DNA from: Deltaproteobacteria bacterium
GTDB lineage: Bacteria; Desulfobacterota; Binatia; UTPRO1
Direction: 5' to 3'
Length of the DNA: 44,828 nucleotides
NCBI GenBank assembly: GCA_005879405.1
Contig: VBKW01000189.1
Coordinates: forward strand, 1-44,828
Positions 31,204-40,315 of the stretch are shown here, piece by piece. Numbering within the stretch: position 1 is the first letter of the stretch; each line of letters begins with the position of its first letter. The position numbers and the translations under genes are program-made. The notes beneath the pieces are model-generated. The model was given only the letters and a program-made list of their open reading frames with translations, ran no database searches and was not told the DNA's origin.

Positions 31204-32432
31204 CGTCGCGGATCGCGATCGTCGCCGCATGCCCATTCCCGACGCTGCAGGGATCGCAGCTGCTGATCCGCCGGCTGGCGGAGGGGCTGCAGGCGCGCGG
31301 CCACGCGGTCGTGGTCGTGGCCTACGCGGAAGGGCTGGAAGACGCGCTCACCGGCGTCCCCGTGCGCCGGATTCCGGCGATTCCCGGGTGTCGCGCACGC
31401 GGCTCCGGGCCGCGTGCGGCGAAGCTGCTGCTCGACGCCGCGCTCCTCGCGAAGGTGTGGCGTGTCGTGCGCGACGAGCGGATCGAGATCATTCACGCGC
31501 ACAATTACGAGGCGGCGCTGGTCGGCCTCGCAGCCGGGCGGCTCGCGCGCGTGCCGGTCGTGTATCACAGCCACAACGCGCTCGCGGAGGAGCTGCCGAC
31601 GTATTTCCGCGGCGCGCTGGCGCGGCGTGCCGCGCGCGCTCTCGGCGCGCTCGCCGACCGCGAGGTGCCGCGACGTGCCGATCACTGCATCGCCATCTGC
31701 CACGAGCTCGTCGACTTTTTGCGCGCGCGCGGCGTCGGAGCAGTCGATCTCGTCGCCCCTGGGGGCTCGGTCGAGGAGTTCCCCGCGCGCTCGTCGGGCG
31801 ACGTCGCGGCAATCCGTGCCCGCTTCGCGTTCGGGAGCCGCCCCCTGTTGCTGTACGCCGGGAATCTCGACGGCTATCAAAACGTCGAGCTCTTGCTGGG
31901 GAGCATCGGGCGCATACGCCACGTCGTGCCCGATGCGCTCCTCGTGCTCGCGACGCACGCCGCACCACGATCCGTGCGGCGCGTGCTCGCCGCTCGGACC
32001 GACGGCGTGCGCATCGTGACCGCCGCCGACTTCGCGACGGTGCGCGACCTGCTGCACGCCGCCGACGTGGCGCTCTGTCCGCGTCGTGAGTGGTCGGGAT
32101 TTCCGATGAAGCTGCTCAACTACATGGCTGCGGGAAAGGCGGTCGTCGTCTCGGCGGGATCGGCCAAGGCGGTGCGCCACGGCGTGAACGGCTGGGTGGT
32201 CGCCGACGGCAGCGCGCGCGGCTATGCCGCTGCGATCCTGCACCTGCTGCGCTCGCCGGGACTGCGCGCCGCGCTCGGCGCCGCGGCGCGGCGTACCGTC
32301 GAGGACGAGTACGGCTGGGACCGCGTGCTCGATCAGGTCGAGGCGATCTACGCGAGCGTCCTCGCCGCACGTGCGCGCGCCGCCGTGACGCACGCGCCGC
32401 CGCTGCCGCTCCGTGCCGCAGGTTACGAATGA
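31200..32432 (+). CDS. glycosyltransferase family 4 (GT-B)
   Basis: IAIVAACPFPTLQGSQLLIRRLAEGLQARGHAV and REWSGFPMKLLNYMAAGKAVVVS. GTGA overlap with the upstream stop. The track ORF from 30078 is an off-frame extension. Confidence 0.8.
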   Translation: MTSRIAIVAACPFPTLQGSQLLIRRLAEGLQARGHAVVVVAYAEGLEDALTGVPVRRIPAIPGCRARGSGPRAAKLLLDAALLAKVWRVVRDERIEIIHAHNYEAALVGLAAGRLARVPVVYHSHNALAEELPTYFRGALARRAARALGALADREVPRRADHCIAICHELVDFLRARGVGAVDLVAPGGSVEEFPARSSGDVAAIRARFAFGSRPLLLYAGNLDGYQNVELLLGSIGRIRHVVPDALLVLATHAAPRSVRRVLAARTDGVRIVTAADFATVRDLLHAADVALCPRREWSGFPMKLLNYMAAGKAVVVSAGSAKAVRHGVNGWVVADGSARGYAAAILHLLRSPGLRAALGAAARRTVEDEYGWDRVLDQVEAIYASVLAARARAAVTHAPPLPLRAAGYE

Positions 32433-32457
32433 TATCGTTCATCATGAGGAGGTGGTG

Positions 32458-33468
32458 ATGCAGAAGCCGACGATCGCGATCACGATGGGCGACGCCGCGG
32501 GCATCGGCCCGGAGATCGTCGTCAAGTCGCTCGCGGACCCGCGGGTGCACGACTGGTGCGAACCCGTCGTCCTCGGCGATGTCGGCGTGCTGCGCGCCGC
32601 CGCGGAGCAGGCGCGGGTACCGCTGCGTCTGGACACCGTCGAACACGCCGCGAACGCGCACGGCGGCCCCGGCAGCGCGGCGGTCCTCGACTACGGCAAC
32701 GTCGACCGCGCGCGTGTGCGCATGGGCGTCATGGACCCGGCGCTCGGTGACGCGGCGGTGCACTACACGCGCGAGGCGGCGCGCCTCGCACTCGCCGGCG
32801 AGGTGCAAGGCATCGTGTCGGCGCCGCTCAACAAGGAGGCGATGCGGGCGGCGGGCCATCACTATGAAGGCGCGACGGAGATCTTCGGCGAGATGGCGGG
32901 TACGAAGCGCTACGCGATGGTGAACCTCCTCGGCGACATGCGCGTGATGCTGCTGACGAACCACATGTCGCTGCGCGAGGCGATCGACAAGGTCACGCAG
33001 GCGCGCGTCTACGAGAAGGTGATGCTCGGCCACGAGGCGCTCGTCGATCAAGGGATGACCGCGCCGCGTATCGCCGTCTCGTCGTTGAACCCGCATGCAG
33101 GGGAGGGCGGTCTCTTCGGGCGCGAGGAGATCGACGAGATCATCCCGGCGCTCGAGCGCGCGCGCGCGGAGGGCGTGAACGCGATCGGTCCCATACCCGC
33201 GGACACGGTCTTCTTCAAGGCAAAGCAGGGACTGTACGATATGACGATCGCGCTCTACCACGATCAGGGCCTGGGTGCCGTCAAGCTCCTCGGCTTCGGT
33301 ACGGTCGTGACGTTGCTCGTCGGCTTGCCGTTCATCCGCACCTCGACGGGCCATGGGACCGCGTTCGACATCGCCGGCACCGGCACGGCGGATCACCGGA
33401 ATCTTCTCGAGGCGATCCGCGTCGCCGCCGAGCTCGGTGCCCGGCGGGCCCGGGAGCACGCCGCGTGA
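32458..33468 (+). CDS. pdxA: PdxA-family NAD-dependent 4-phospho-hydroxyacid dehydrogenase (PdxA2-like)
   Basis: IAITMGDAAGIGPEIVVK, NPHAGEGGLFGREE, HDQGL, IRTSTGHGTAFDIAGTGTAD. GAGGAGG lies upstream of ATG 32458. Confidence 0.85.
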   Translation: MQKPTIAITMGDAAGIGPEIVVKSLADPRVHDWCEPVVLGDVGVLRAAAEQARVPLRLDTVEHAANAHGGPGSAAVLDYGNVDRARVRMGVMDPALGDAAVHYTREAARLALAGEVQGIVSAPLNKEAMRAAGHHYEGATEIFGEMAGTKRYAMVNLLGDMRVMLLTNHMSLREAIDKVTQARVYEKVMLGHEALVDQGMTAPRIAVSSLNPHAGEGGLFGREEIDEIIPALERARAEGVNAIGPIPADTVFFKAKQGLYDMTIALYHDQGLGAVKLLGFGTVVTLLVGLPFIRTSTGHGTAFDIAGTGTADHRNLLEAIRVAAELGARRAREHAA

Positions 33469-33502
33469 TGCCGTCATCGCTTCGACGACGCGGAACCGCA
33501 TC

Positions 33503-34135
33503 ATGACGGTGTCCGAGCTCTGGGACATCTCGGTGAAGGACGAGCCGGGCATGCACATCTACCCGGGTGATCCGGCGATCGAGGTGCGGCGCGTGCGCGC
33601 GATCGCGTCCGGTGACGCGGCGAACCTCACGCACCTCGCGTGCGGTGCGCACACGGGCACGCACGTCGACGCGCCGGCGCATTTCCTCGACGGCGGCACG
33701 ACCCTGGAGCAGATCCCGCTCGATCGGTTCGTCGGTCCCGCGACCGTGCTCGATCTGCGCGATCGCGCGGCGATCGACGCGGCGGCGCTCGGCGAGCACG
33801 ATATTCCCCGCGACGGCATCGTGCTCTGCAAGACCGACAACTCCGCGCTGTGGCGGCGGTCGGGATTTCAGCGAGGATTCACCTACGTCACCCTCGACGC
33901 CGCCGAGCATTTGCTCGCGTGCGGCGTGAAGACGCTCGGCATGGACTATCTCTCCATCGAACAATTCGGCAGCAAAGACTTCCCGGTACACAAGCGCCTG
34001 CTCGGACGCGGCGTCCTCATCATCGAGGGCCTTGATCTCAGCACGGTGAGCGCGGGGACGTATACGCTCGTGTGTCTGCCGCTCAACCTCCAAGGCGTCG
34101 ACGGTGCGCCGGCGAGGGCGATCTTGATGCGATGA
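33503..34135 (+). CDS. cyclase-family metal hydrolase (kynurenine formamidase-like)
   Basis: CGAHTGTHVDAPAHF matches HxGTHxDxPxH. About 210 aa. The stop overlaps the next start (ATGA). Confidence 0.75.
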   Translation: MTVSELWDISVKDEPGMHIYPGDPAIEVRRVRAIASGDAANLTHLACGAHTGTHVDAPAHFLDGGTTLEQIPLDRFVGPATVLDLRDRAAIDAAALGEHDIPRDGIVLCKTDNSALWRRSGFQRGFTYVTLDAAEHLLACGVKTLGMDYLSIEQFGSKDFPVHKRLLGRGVLIIEGLDLSTVSAGTYTLVCLPLNLQGVDGAPARAILMR

Positions 34136-35427
34136 CGTCGCTCGAGGTCATCGCCGACGATGTGACCGGGGCGTGTGACGTCGGTGCGGAGCTCGCGGAG
34201 GCGGGCGCCACCGTGCGTGTCGCGGTCGATGGCAGGCCCGCCGCCGACCACGACGACGCCGTCTGCGTGGTCAACACGCAAAGCCGCGCGGTGCGCGCCG
34301 CGGAGGCGTACGAGCGCGTGCTGCGACTCACGCGCCGGCGGCCGATCGACGTTCTCTTGAAGAAGATCGACACCGCGCTCCGCGGCCATCTCGGCGCCGA
34401 GCTCGATGGCGCGATCGACGGCCTCGGCGCGTCGGCGGCGTTCGTTGCACCCGCCGTCCCCGCGGCGGGGCGGGTGACGCGCGGCGGCTGCCAGTGGTTC
34501 GGCGGCCGGCGGCTCGGCGAGACGGAGTTCGCGGCCGATCCCGAGGGTCCGGGCGCGGAGTCGTCCGTCGTGGCGGTGATCGCCCGCGAAAGCCGGCGAC
34601 GCACCGAAATGATCAGCCTGGAGACGATCCGGGCGGGCGGGCTCCACCATCGCACGCGCACGCTGATGGGCGCCGGCGTCGACGTGTTCGTCGTCGACGC
34701 CGAGTGCGACGACGATCTCGCGCGCGCGGCGCAGGACATGCTCGAGCTGCCGCGGCCGCTCTGCATCGCAGGATCGATCGGCGTCGCCGCCGTGGTCGCT
34801 GCGCGGATGTGCGGCGGCAACCGGGTTGGCGCACCCGGCGCCGTCATCGGCACGCCGTCGACGACCGGGCCGGCGATGCCGCCGACGTGGTCCGGGCAAC
34901 GCACGCGGTTGCCGGCGCCGGCGCTCATCATCTGCGGCAGCTTGCATTCCATGGCGCGGGCGCAGGTCGACGCGCTCTGTCGGGCCGACCTGGCCGAGCG
35001 CATCCCGCTCCGCGACGGCGCCGCCGCCGCCAACCATGCCGCCGCCGTCGCCCGCGCGCACGCGGCGCTGTGCGCCGGACGGAGCGCCGTGGTGTCGGCG
35101 GCGCGGCTCGTGAAGATGGCCGATCCCGTCGCGCGCCGTCGCGTCGAGCGCGCCCTCGGCCAGGTTGCGAGCGAAGTGCTGCGCGGCGGCGCGGCGGGGG
35201 CACTCGTCCTGATCGGCGGCGAGACCAGCTATGCGGTCTTGCGCGAAGTTGGCGCGACCGAGCTCGTCGTACACGGACGAGTCGCGCCGCTCGTTGCCGC
35301 GACGACGATCGCGTGCGGCGACGCCGTCGGCCTGCCGCTCGTCCTGAAGGGTGGATCGGGCGGCGATCGCGACACATTGCGGTCGCTCCTCGGCCCCCTC
35401 GCGGCGACGCGGCAGGCGGCCGGATGA
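34132..35427 (+). CDS. four-carbon acid sugar kinase family protein (DUF1537; OtnK/DtnK-like)
   Basis: N-terminal VIADDVTGACDVGAEL, then LLKKIDTALRGHLGAEL and APAVPAAGRVT..G...FAADP. The classic partner is a PdxA2 homolog. Confidence 0.8.
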   Translation: MTSLEVIADDVTGACDVGAELAEAGATVRVAVDGRPAADHDDAVCVVNTQSRAVRAAEAYERVLRLTRRRPIDVLLKKIDTALRGHLGAELDGAIDGLGASAAFVAPAVPAAGRVTRGGCQWFGGRRLGETEFAADPEGPGAESSVVAVIARESRRRTEMISLETIRAGGLHHRTRTLMGAGVDVFVVDAECDDDLARAAQDMLELPRPLCIAGSIGVAAVVAARMCGGNRVGAPGAVIGTPSTTGPAMPPTWSGQRTRLPAPALIICGSLHSMARAQVDALCRADLAERIPLRDGAAAANHAAAVARAHAALCAGRSAVVSAARLVKMADPVARRRVERALGQVASEVLRGGAAGALVLIGGETSYAVLREVGATELVVHGRVAPLVAATTIACGDAVGLPLVLKGGSGGDRDTLRSLLGPLAATRQAAG

Positions 35428-35900
35428 GCGCCCCGATGCGGGCGCAGGCGGATGCGGTCGTGACGCTGGAGTACGAAGCGCGTCTCGAGGACGGCACCGT
35501 CGTCGACTCCACGGAGCGCTGCGGCCCCGTCAGCTACTTGCACGGGAACGAGCAGCTCTTTCCCACGCTCGAGCGGCTCGTCGAAGGTCTCGCCGCAGGG
35601 GATGAGCGCGCGATCGAGATCGCGCCCGAGGACGCATACGGCGCCCGTCGCGACGGGCTCGTCCGCCGGCTGCCGCGCGCCCAGCTGCCGCCGGCGATCG
35701 CGCTCGTTCCCGGCGAGCGGTACGAGGTGCGCGCCGCGAACGGTGCGCGCCTCGTGTTCACGTTGATCGGTGTCGAAGGCGACGACGTGATTGCCGACTT
35801 CAACACCCGCGGCGCAGGGCAGCGCTTACGCATCTGCGCACGCGTGCTCGCCGTGCGCGCCGCGACGCCGGACGAGCTGCGCCGCGGCACGTTGCGCTAG
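35424..35900 (+). CDS. FKBP-type peptidyl-prolyl isomerase (SlyD/FkpB-like)
   Basis: VVTLEYEARLEDGTVVDST...YLHGNEQLFPTLERLVEGLAAGDERAIEIAPEDAYG and DFNTRGAGQRL (diverged NHPLAGK region). ATGA overlap with the upstream gene. Confidence 0.7.
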   Translation: MSAPMRAQADAVVTLEYEARLEDGTVVDSTERCGPVSYLHGNEQLFPTLERLVEGLAAGDERAIEIAPEDAYGARRDGLVRRLPRAQLPPAIALVPGERYEVRAANGARLVFTLIGVEGDDVIADFNTRGAGQRLRICARVLAVRAATPDELRRGTLR

Positions 35901-35988
35901 CACCACCGACCCATCCCCCGTCACACCACGCATGCCGCCGCCGGATGCTGCGGCCGAACGTCACGTACAAACAAAGGAGCAACACGTC

Positions 35989-36249
35989 ATGAGAAAGCGC
36001 GAGAAGCTCACGCCCGAGGAGCGGTTTGCCCTGGCGCTGGCGCTCATCAAGCGCGAGCAGTCGTTGGGCGAGATTTGCCTCCATTACCAAGTGAGTCACA
36101 CGACCGCCTACAAACTCCGCAACGCGTTCCTCGACGGAGCGCGAAAGGCGCTCTCCGTCGTCGGACGGTCCGTCGACACCCAAGACGAGGACGGCGAGCC
36201 GCTCGTCACCCCGACGAGCGTGCCCGGCGGCAAGCACGCGATCGGATGA
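35989..36249 (+). CDS. small HTH protein resembling the N-terminus of IS3-family OrfA transposase proteins (solitary)
   Basis: AAAGGAG lies upstream of ATG 35989. KLTPEERFALALALIKREQSLGEICLHYQVSHTTAYKLRNAFLDGARKAL. No catalytic transposase ORF follows. Confidence 0.45.
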   Translation: MRKREKLTPEERFALALALIKREQSLGEICLHYQVSHTTAYKLRNAFLDGARKALSVVGRSVDTQDEDGEPLVTPTSVPGGKHAIG

Positions 36250-36315
36250 TTCGTGCGTTGCCGGCGCATCGGAGGGCGGTTATTGTCGTGATGTACCGCT
36301 CTCGAAGGAGGCGCA

Positions 36316-37269
36316 ATGTACCTGGTAACCGGAGGCGCAGGATTCATCGGCTCGAACCTCGCTGAGGCGCTCGTACGCGCGGGCGAGCGGGTGCGGATCT
36401 TCGACGATTTCTCGAGCGGGAAGCGCGAGAACCTGAAATCCTTCGCTGCCGACGTCGAGGTGATCGAGGGCGATCTGCGCAACATGGATGCCGTTCGCCG
36501 CGCTGTCGACGGGGTCACGGGCATCTACCATCAAGCGGCGCTACGCTCGGTGCCGCGGTCGGTCGACAATCCGCTCGCGACCAACGACGTGAACATCACC
36601 GGCACGTTGCAGCTCCTGATGGCGGCGCGCGACGCGGGCGTGAAGCGCGTCGTGGCGGCGTCGTCATCGTCAGTCTACGGCGCCAATGAGGCGCTGCCGA
36701 AGCGTGAAGATCAGGAGCTGCTGCCCGTCTCGCCGTACGCCGCGTCGAAGCTCGCCGGCGAGCACTATTGCCGGATCTTCACGCGGCTCTACAACCTCGA
36801 AACGGTGAGCCTGCGGTACTTCAACGTCTTCGGGGCGCGCCAGGATCCGGATTCGCAGTACGCCGCCGTCGTGCCGCTCTTCATTCAATCCGGCCTCGAC
36901 GGCGTGCCCCTGACGGTGCACGGCGACGGCATGCAGTCGCGCGACTTCACGTACATCGACAACGTCGTCCAGGCGAATCTGCGCGCCATGGAAGCGCCCG
37001 CAGCCGCCGGCGAGGCGTTCAACATCGCGTGCGGCTCGCGCTACACCTTGATGGACATCGTGCACGCGATCGAGCGCGAGCTCGGGCACCCGCTGACGTG
37101 TCGCCACACGCCGCCGCGCGCTGGCGACGTGCGCCACACGCTCGCCGACATCGGCAAGGCGGAGCGTGTCCTCGGGTTCAAGCCGACCGTCGATTTCGAC
37201 GAGGGCATGGCGCGTACCGTCGCGTACATCAAGTCGCAGGATTTCGGGCGGCGCGCCGCGTCCGCCTGA
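36316..37269 (+). CDS. NAD-dependent nucleotide-sugar 4-epimerase (extended SDR; WbpP/TviC-like)
   Basis: LVTGGAGFIGSNL, YAASKLAGEHY (YxxxK), RYFNVFGARQDPDSQYAAVVPLF, GDGMQSRDFTYIDNVV. AAGGAGG lies upstream. Confidence 0.9.
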   Translation: MYLVTGGAGFIGSNLAEALVRAGERVRIFDDFSSGKRENLKSFAADVEVIEGDLRNMDAVRRAVDGVTGIYHQAALRSVPRSVDNPLATNDVNITGTLQLLMAARDAGVKRVVAASSSSVYGANEALPKREDQELLPVSPYAASKLAGEHYCRIFTRLYNLETVSLRYFNVFGARQDPDSQYAAVVPLFIQSGLDGVPLTVHGDGMQSRDFTYIDNVVQANLRAMEAPAAAGEAFNIACGSRYTLMDIVHAIERELGHPLTCRHTPPRAGDVRHTLADIGKAERVLGFKPTVDFDEGMARTVAYIKSQDFGRRAASA

Positions 37270-37281
37270 GGCCCGTCGCGA

Positions 37282-38493
37282 TCAGGCGGGAAGCGGCAGG
37301 TCGACGGTGAAGCAGGTGCCCTGGCCTGGGGTGCTGCGGACGTCGACGCGGCCACCGAGGCTCTCCGCGTATCGCTTCACGAGGTAGAGCCCACACCCCG
37401 TGCCGGCGCCGCGCGTCGTGCCGCCGCCTGGGCGGAAGACCTCGAACAGGTGGGGGAGATCCGCGGGATCGATGCCGCGCCCGCTGTCCGTCACCGACAA
37501 GCGCACGCCCTCACCGGCGCGCTCGGCCGTCACGCGCACGCTGCCCTGCTCGGTGAAGCGGAGCGCGTTGTCGACGAGATTTTGCAGGATCTGCCTGATG
37601 CGGAAGCGATCGGTGCGCAGCGGGGGGAGGGCGGGATCGACCCGCCACGCCAGCTCGACGCCGTCGGCGGAGCGGCTGCCGAGCGATCCCGAGGCGAGCT
37701 CGTCGAAGAGCTCTGCGAGCGAGAACTCCTCGCGCCGCGGCTCGCGGCCGGCGTCCACGCGCGCGAGATCGAGGACGCCGCTCAGGAGCGACAGGAGCTC
37801 CAGCGCGTAGCGCTCGATGCTCCCGAGCACCTCGCGCTGCTCGGGTGAGCACGGCCCGAAGGCTTCCTCGCCGAGGAGACGCGTGTAGCCGAGCACGACG
37901 TTCAACGGTGAGCGCAAGTCGTGCGACATCGCGATCAAGATCTCCGACTTGCTCGCGCTCGCATGCTCCAAGCGTTCGCGCTGCGCCGCCTGCCGCAGCG
38001 CGATCGCGGCGAGGGCGCCGACGTAGCGCGCGAGCGCCACGTGCTCGGGACCAACGGGCTGCTCTGTTTCCTCGACGATCTGCAGCACGACCGCGACGTT
38101 GCCGCCCTGGAGTGGGATCGTCAGCGTGCGCCGTCCCTCGGCGGTGGTGGCGATCGCCGGCCGCCGGTCGGCGATCGCCTGGCGGAGCTCCGCCACGTCG
38201 ATGGACGAACGGTCGGGTGCGCCGTAGGTGGCGACGACGTCCAGGCGCTCATCCTCGAGCAGTGCGAGCCGAACGGTCGCCGCCCGCAGCAGAATGGCGA
38301 CGCCCTGGCAGATCCGCGCCGCGATGCTGGACGGCGCGACGTCGCCGAGCAGCAGCGCGTCGTGCAGACGCAGCACCTGTTCGAGCCGCCCGGCGTCGGG
38401 GACGCTCTCGTACTCGCCAGGAAGGATCGCGCGGGAGGCGGTGGTCGTCACTGATCGTCCGTCGCCGGTCGTCGACCGCGACTTCTCGCGCAA
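37282..38493 (-). CDS. cytoplasmic sensor histidine kinase (GAF-like input, HisKA, HATPase_c)
   Basis: H-box MSHDLRSPLNVVLGY, N-box ILQNLVDNALRF, G-boxes DSGRGI and GTGCGLYLVKRY. No TM segments. The start is uncertain (TTG 38493 or GTG 38451). Confidence 0.85.
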   Translation of the reverse strand: MREKSRSTTGDGRSVTTTASRAILPGEYESVPDAGRLEQVLRLHDALLLGDVAPSSIAARICQGVAILLRAATVRLALLEDERLDVVATYGAPDRSSIDVAELRQAIADRRPAIATTAEGRRTLTIPLQGGNVAVVLQIVEETEQPVGPEHVALARYVGALAAIALRQAAQRERLEHASASKSEILIAMSHDLRSPLNVVLGYTRLLGEEAFGPCSPEQREVLGSIERYALELLSLLSGVLDLARVDAGREPRREEFSLAELFDELASGSLGSRSADGVELAWRVDPALPPLRTDRFRIRQILQNLVDNALRFTEQGSVRVTAERAGEGVRLSVTDSGRGIDPADLPHLFEVFRPGGGTTRGAGTGCGLYLVKRYAESLGGRVDVRSTPGQGTCFTVDLPLPA

Positions 38494-38524
38494 CGTACAA
38501 GTCGGCTCCCCCGCAGGTCAAGCT

Positions 38525-38654
38525 GCGGTACTGGGCCGATTTGCGTCGCCATACTTCGTTGCTCGGTCGCTCCGCTGTTCGGCGTAGCGCTGCTACGCCT
38601 GCGCTGCTCGCTTCCCTCGCGCCTCGTCTGGCTCGCAACTCGACCCAGTACCGC
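38525..38654. repeat. nested inverted repeats in a 420-nt intergenic region (possible structured RNA or operator)
   Basis: GCGGTACTGGG (38525-38535) is the exact reverse complement of CCCAGTACCGC (38644-38654). This pair encloses the hairpin GGCGTAGC-GCT-GCTACGCC (38581-38599). Confidence 0.3.
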
Positions 38655-38911
38655 CCCGCGTGTCGGCAGACTCGGAGCTCGAGCACGTGCGCCGCGTGCG
38701 TCTGGTTCACAACTCGCTCAGTGTTCGCAGCAAAGCACTCGCGCTACTTTCCTCGGCTTAACCCACGTTATGCCCACCTCTCGACGCCCGCCTCGGCTCC
38801 TCGTCGCAACCCTCCCGTAGCTCCCTCGTCGTTCCCCATTTCGTCGCGTTTCGGTCGTCGCGTGTTTCGTCGGCGTGTGCGCGGGCGCTTGCTGGCCCGC
38901 CTTCGGCGTGT

Positions 38912-39316
38912 GTGGCAGGATGCGGCCACGCCGTCCGCATGGACACACGCCACATCATTGCCATCCTCCGGCGCGGGCTCCGTCTGCGGTGCCCGCGGTG
39001 CGGCCGCGGCGCGCTCTTTCGCGGTCCGTTCACGATGCACGAGCGCTGTCCCGCGTGCGGGCTCGTGCTCGAGCGCGAGCAGGGCTACTTCGTGCGCGCG
39101 ATCTACGTGAACTACGCGGCGACGGTCGGCATCACGGTCGCGGGGTTTCTCCTCCTCGACAGTTACAGCGATCTCTCGATCGGCACGCAGATCGTCCTCT
39201 GGAGCGTGTTCGGCATCATGTTCCCGCTCTTTTTCTTCCGCTATTCCCGCAGCCTCTGGCTCAGCATCGACTACGTCTTCAATCCCGAGGCCCCGGAGCT
39301 GCGCGAGGTCCGATGA
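38912..39316 (+). CDS. DUF983 family membrane protein (zinc-ribbon + 2 TM)
   Basis: LRCPRCGRGALFRGPFTMHERCPACGLVLEREQGYF, followed by two TM helices. ATG 38939 is an alternative start. Confidence 0.7.
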   Translation: MAGCGHAVRMDTRHIIAILRRGLRLRCPRCGRGALFRGPFTMHERCPACGLVLEREQGYFVRAIYVNYAATVGITVAGFLLLDSYSDLSIGTQIVLWSVFGIMFPLFFFRYSRSLWLSIDYVFNPEAPELREVR

Positions 39317-40287
39317 TCGCCGCGCGCCCGAGCGCCGACGACGCCGTTCCGGCCGCGGTCGTCATTCGCGGCCTGTCGCATCGCTACGGCGAGCGTCGGG
39401 CGCTCGCGAGCGTCGACCTCGACGTGCACCGTGGCGAGATCTTCGGTCTCCTCGGTCCGAACGGCGGCGGCAAGACGACGCTCTTCAAGGTACTCGCGAC
39501 GCTCACGCCGGCGCAAGAAGGACGCGTCGAGATCTTCGGCGAGGATGTCGCGCGCGCACCGCTCGCGGTCCGCCGCCGCTTGGGCGTGGTCTTCCAGCAT
39601 CCGGGGCTCGACCCGAAGCTGACGGTCGAGGAGAACCTGCGCTGCCACGCGGCGCTCTACGGCCTCGCGCGCAGCACGTTTCGCACGCGCAGCGCGACGC
39701 TGCTCGAGCGTCTCGGGGTCGCCGACCGCGCCCGTGACCGTGTCGAGACGCTCTCCGGCGGCCTGGCGCGCCGGGTGGAGCTCGCGAAAGGTCTGCTGCA
39801 CGGCCCGGAGCTTCTCCTGCTCGACGAGCCGAGTACGGGCCTCGATCCCGGCGCGCGTCGCGACTTCATCGACTATCTCGTCCGCCTGCGCGACGCCGAG
39901 GGGATGACCGTCGTGCTCACCACGCACGGCATGGAGGAAGCGGAACGCTGCGACCGCGTCGGCTTCGTGAATCGCGGCACACTCGTCGCCGTCGGTACTC
40001 CGCACGCGCTGAAGAGCGAGATCGGCGGCGACGTCGTCGTCGTGCAGACGAGCGACCCCGACCGTCTCCGCGAGCGTATTCGCGAGCGGTTCGGCTGCGA
40101 GGCGCGGCTCGTCGACGGCGCGCTCCGCGTCGAGTTGCCGCGCGGGCACGAGTTCGTGCGCGCGGTCGTCGACGCCTTTCCGGGCGAGATCACCGCGGCG
40201 ACGTTCGGGAAGCCGACGCTCGAGGACGTGTTCGTGCATCTGACCGGCCACCAGTTCTGGGCGGCGGAGGGGAGGGAGTCGCCGTGA
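39313..40287 (+). CDS. ABC transporter ATP-binding protein (ABC-2/DrrA-NodI type)
   Basis: GLLGPNGGGKTT (Walker A), LSGGLARRVELA (signature), LLLLDEPSTGLD (Walker B). ATGA overlap with the DUF983 gene. Confidence 0.9.
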   Translation: MIAARPSADDAVPAAVVIRGLSHRYGERRALASVDLDVHRGEIFGLLGPNGGGKTTLFKVLATLTPAQEGRVEIFGEDVARAPLAVRRRLGVVFQHPGLDPKLTVEENLRCHAALYGLARSTFRTRSATLLERLGVADRARDRVETLSGGLARRVELAKGLLHGPELLLLDEPSTGLDPGARRDFIDYLVRLRDAEGMTVVLTTHGMEEAERCDRVGFVNRGTLVAVGTPHALKSEIGGDVVVVQTSDPDRLRERIRERFGCEARLVDGALRVELPRGHEFVRAVVDAFPGEITAATFGKPTLEDVFVHLTGHQFWAAEGRESP

Positions 40288-40315
40288 CGCGCGCCGCGCA
40301 ATCCAGGGCGTTGGC

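Noticed and set aside
38700-38720. GGTTCACAACTCG looked faintly like a tRNA T-arm.
   Set aside because: It does not fit GGTTCRANYCC, and no acceptor or anticodon stems can be drawn around it. No tRNA is called.
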